From: Hemiscyllium ocellatum
Lineage: Eukaryota
Assembly (NCBI RefSeq): GCF_020745735.1
Contig: NC_083409.1
Coordinates: 36,414,048 to 36,478,047 of the forward strand
Direction: 5' to 3'
Length of the DNA: 64,000 nt
This document shows positions 62,344-64,000 of this stretch, one piece after another. The position numbers and the translations under genes were made by a program. A model generated the notes under the pieces. That model searched no databases. It saw only the letters and a list, made by a program, of their open reading frames with translations, and was not told the origin of the DNA. Numbering within the stretch: the first letter of the stretch is position 1; every line of letters begins with the position of its first letter.

Positions 62344-64000
62344 ACAATGTCCCTCTGCTGAGTGGAACTATAGGTAAATAAACCCATTCATCACTGGCAG
62401 GGCAAAGAAAACACACAAAGTGTGATGGAATACACTCTACTTGCCTGGATGAGTGCAATACCAATAAGGGGAGCTTGGAAAGCTCAACAGCATTCGGGAC
62501 AAAAGCAACCTGCTTGATGGAGACTCTATTCAACACTTAACATTCACTCCCCTCACCATTGATACCCGATCTGTTTTATGCTAAGCCACACACCATCCTG
62601 ACTTGGAAAGAAAGCACCATATCTTCAGTGTCAGTGGGTGAACATCCTGGAACCCACTCCCTAACATCTTTCCAGGTGTAACTACCCCACATGGACTGCA
62701 ACAGTTCAAAAAGGTAACCCGGCAACTTTGGCAGAAGGGTAACCAGGGGTGGACACACAATTGCTTGTCCTTCCATTATGCCCACCTATCTCAAATGAAT
62801 AAAAAACAGAGGAGACATGGTTAACTCAACATCAGGAGAGATGGTGGCTTCGTGTCATTGACCATTTACTCAGGAGCAACCCAGAAAGCCAGGCTAATGT
62901 TGTGCAGACACAAGTTCAAATCCCATTAACAGCAGCTGGTGGATTTTAATTTCAATTAATAAATATGAAATGTAATGTTCATCCCAGGGTGTAATCAATT
63001 GTCATAAAGAAAACCCAACTGGTTCACTAATGTCCTTTACACGTAGGAACTCTGCCATTCTTACCCGACCTGGCTACATATGACTTGAGTTCCAAATCCT
63101 GCCTCAGGAATCCATTGTAGCACAGCAGCTGATTAGGTGCAATAGCCACGAGGGACCCTTCCCTGAGCCTTGGTGCTTGTTCTCCTCCATTGCTGAAGCT
63201 GTTCCGTCTCCCTGATCATAATTGTTAGACCAAAAGCAAGAGAAGGATAGAAATGATAGGTTGGAGAGAAGTGGAAAAGATCATAGAGTTGTGCATTTGT
63301 GTGAGAGAGAGAGAGAGAGAAAAAAGTGAAGCTGAGTGAAACAGATTGATAGGCGGTAAAATGACCCAAGATTGCAAGGCATTAAAAAACGTATCTTCTC
63401 ATTCTCTTTAGATCCACTAGATGTCTCCATGACATTATCTCTGGAGTATTTAGAGCCTATCTTTGGGGTATATCCAATCAGCAGTTTGTAATGTTGATAT
63501 GATGAAGACTGGAGGTCGGTTAGTTCAGTTGGCTAGATGGTTAATTTGAGAAGCAAAATGAAGCCAAGAGTGTGGGTTCACTTCCTGCGCTGCCTGAGGA
63601 TACCATGAAGACTTGTTTTCTCAACCTCTCTCCCAACCAGTAGTATGGTGACCCTCAGGTTAAATTCACCACCAGTCATCTTGCTTTAACAACATTGCAG
63701 CCCTACAATCTGCTGGGACGATGATTATTTTGCCTTTACTGATGCACTCTGCAAACAGTGTCAACATTCAAGGTTGACATTTTACCCACTCCAACATGCA
63801 ATGGGAATCATTGGTGAATGGAGCTTCTTAATCTGATTCATTTTGGAGCCAGTTAGCCCTCACTTTGGAATGAGGATGTATGGTAGCATAGTGCTGGTGA
63901 TATTGGAGTAACATTCCAGGCTGGAATAAATGAACAAGGCATATGACTTCATTCCCCACCATGGCGATTTAACAATTTAGATTAGATTACCTACATTATG

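Noticed and set aside
63090-63230. Possible further exon of the minus-strand gene
   Set aside because: Acceptor-like context, but no convincing donor outside an adjacent SINE
1-64000. CRISPR arrays, operons or other prokaryotic systems
   Set aside because: Vertebrate intronic and intergenic DNA; no regularly spaced repeats or long intact ORFs

Overview
Repeat-dense vertebrate genomic DNA, almost certainly from a shark or other elasmobranch (HE1/V-SINEs, many CR1 LINEs, three Penelope-like families). There are no prokaryotic features, and most ORF-track entries are decayed retroelement fragments. Host genes: the last coding exon of tada1 (+, 28718-28867), and a convergent, unidentified and possibly disrupted spliced gene on the minus strand (candidate exons near 58.7k, 54.7k, 51.3k, 45.3k and 32.3k). 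The main element is a defective class I (gamma/epsilon-like) endogenous retrovirus on the minus strand (36592-44686). It has two LTRs, a 4-bp TSD, a tRNA-Ser PBS, a PPT, gag, pro and env. Its pol carries an extra domain with two HxT motifs (a 2H phosphoesterase/phosphodiesterase) right after the protease, while RT, RNase H and the integrase N-terminus are removed by an in-frame deletion. Other signals: minimal hammerhead ribozymes in three Penelope families, fold-back Penelope insertions, mosaic LTR divergence with loss of the 3' LTR poly(A) signal, and an inverted duplication that places an antisense copy of a candidate exon in its own intron. Most repeat boundaries were estimated by eye.
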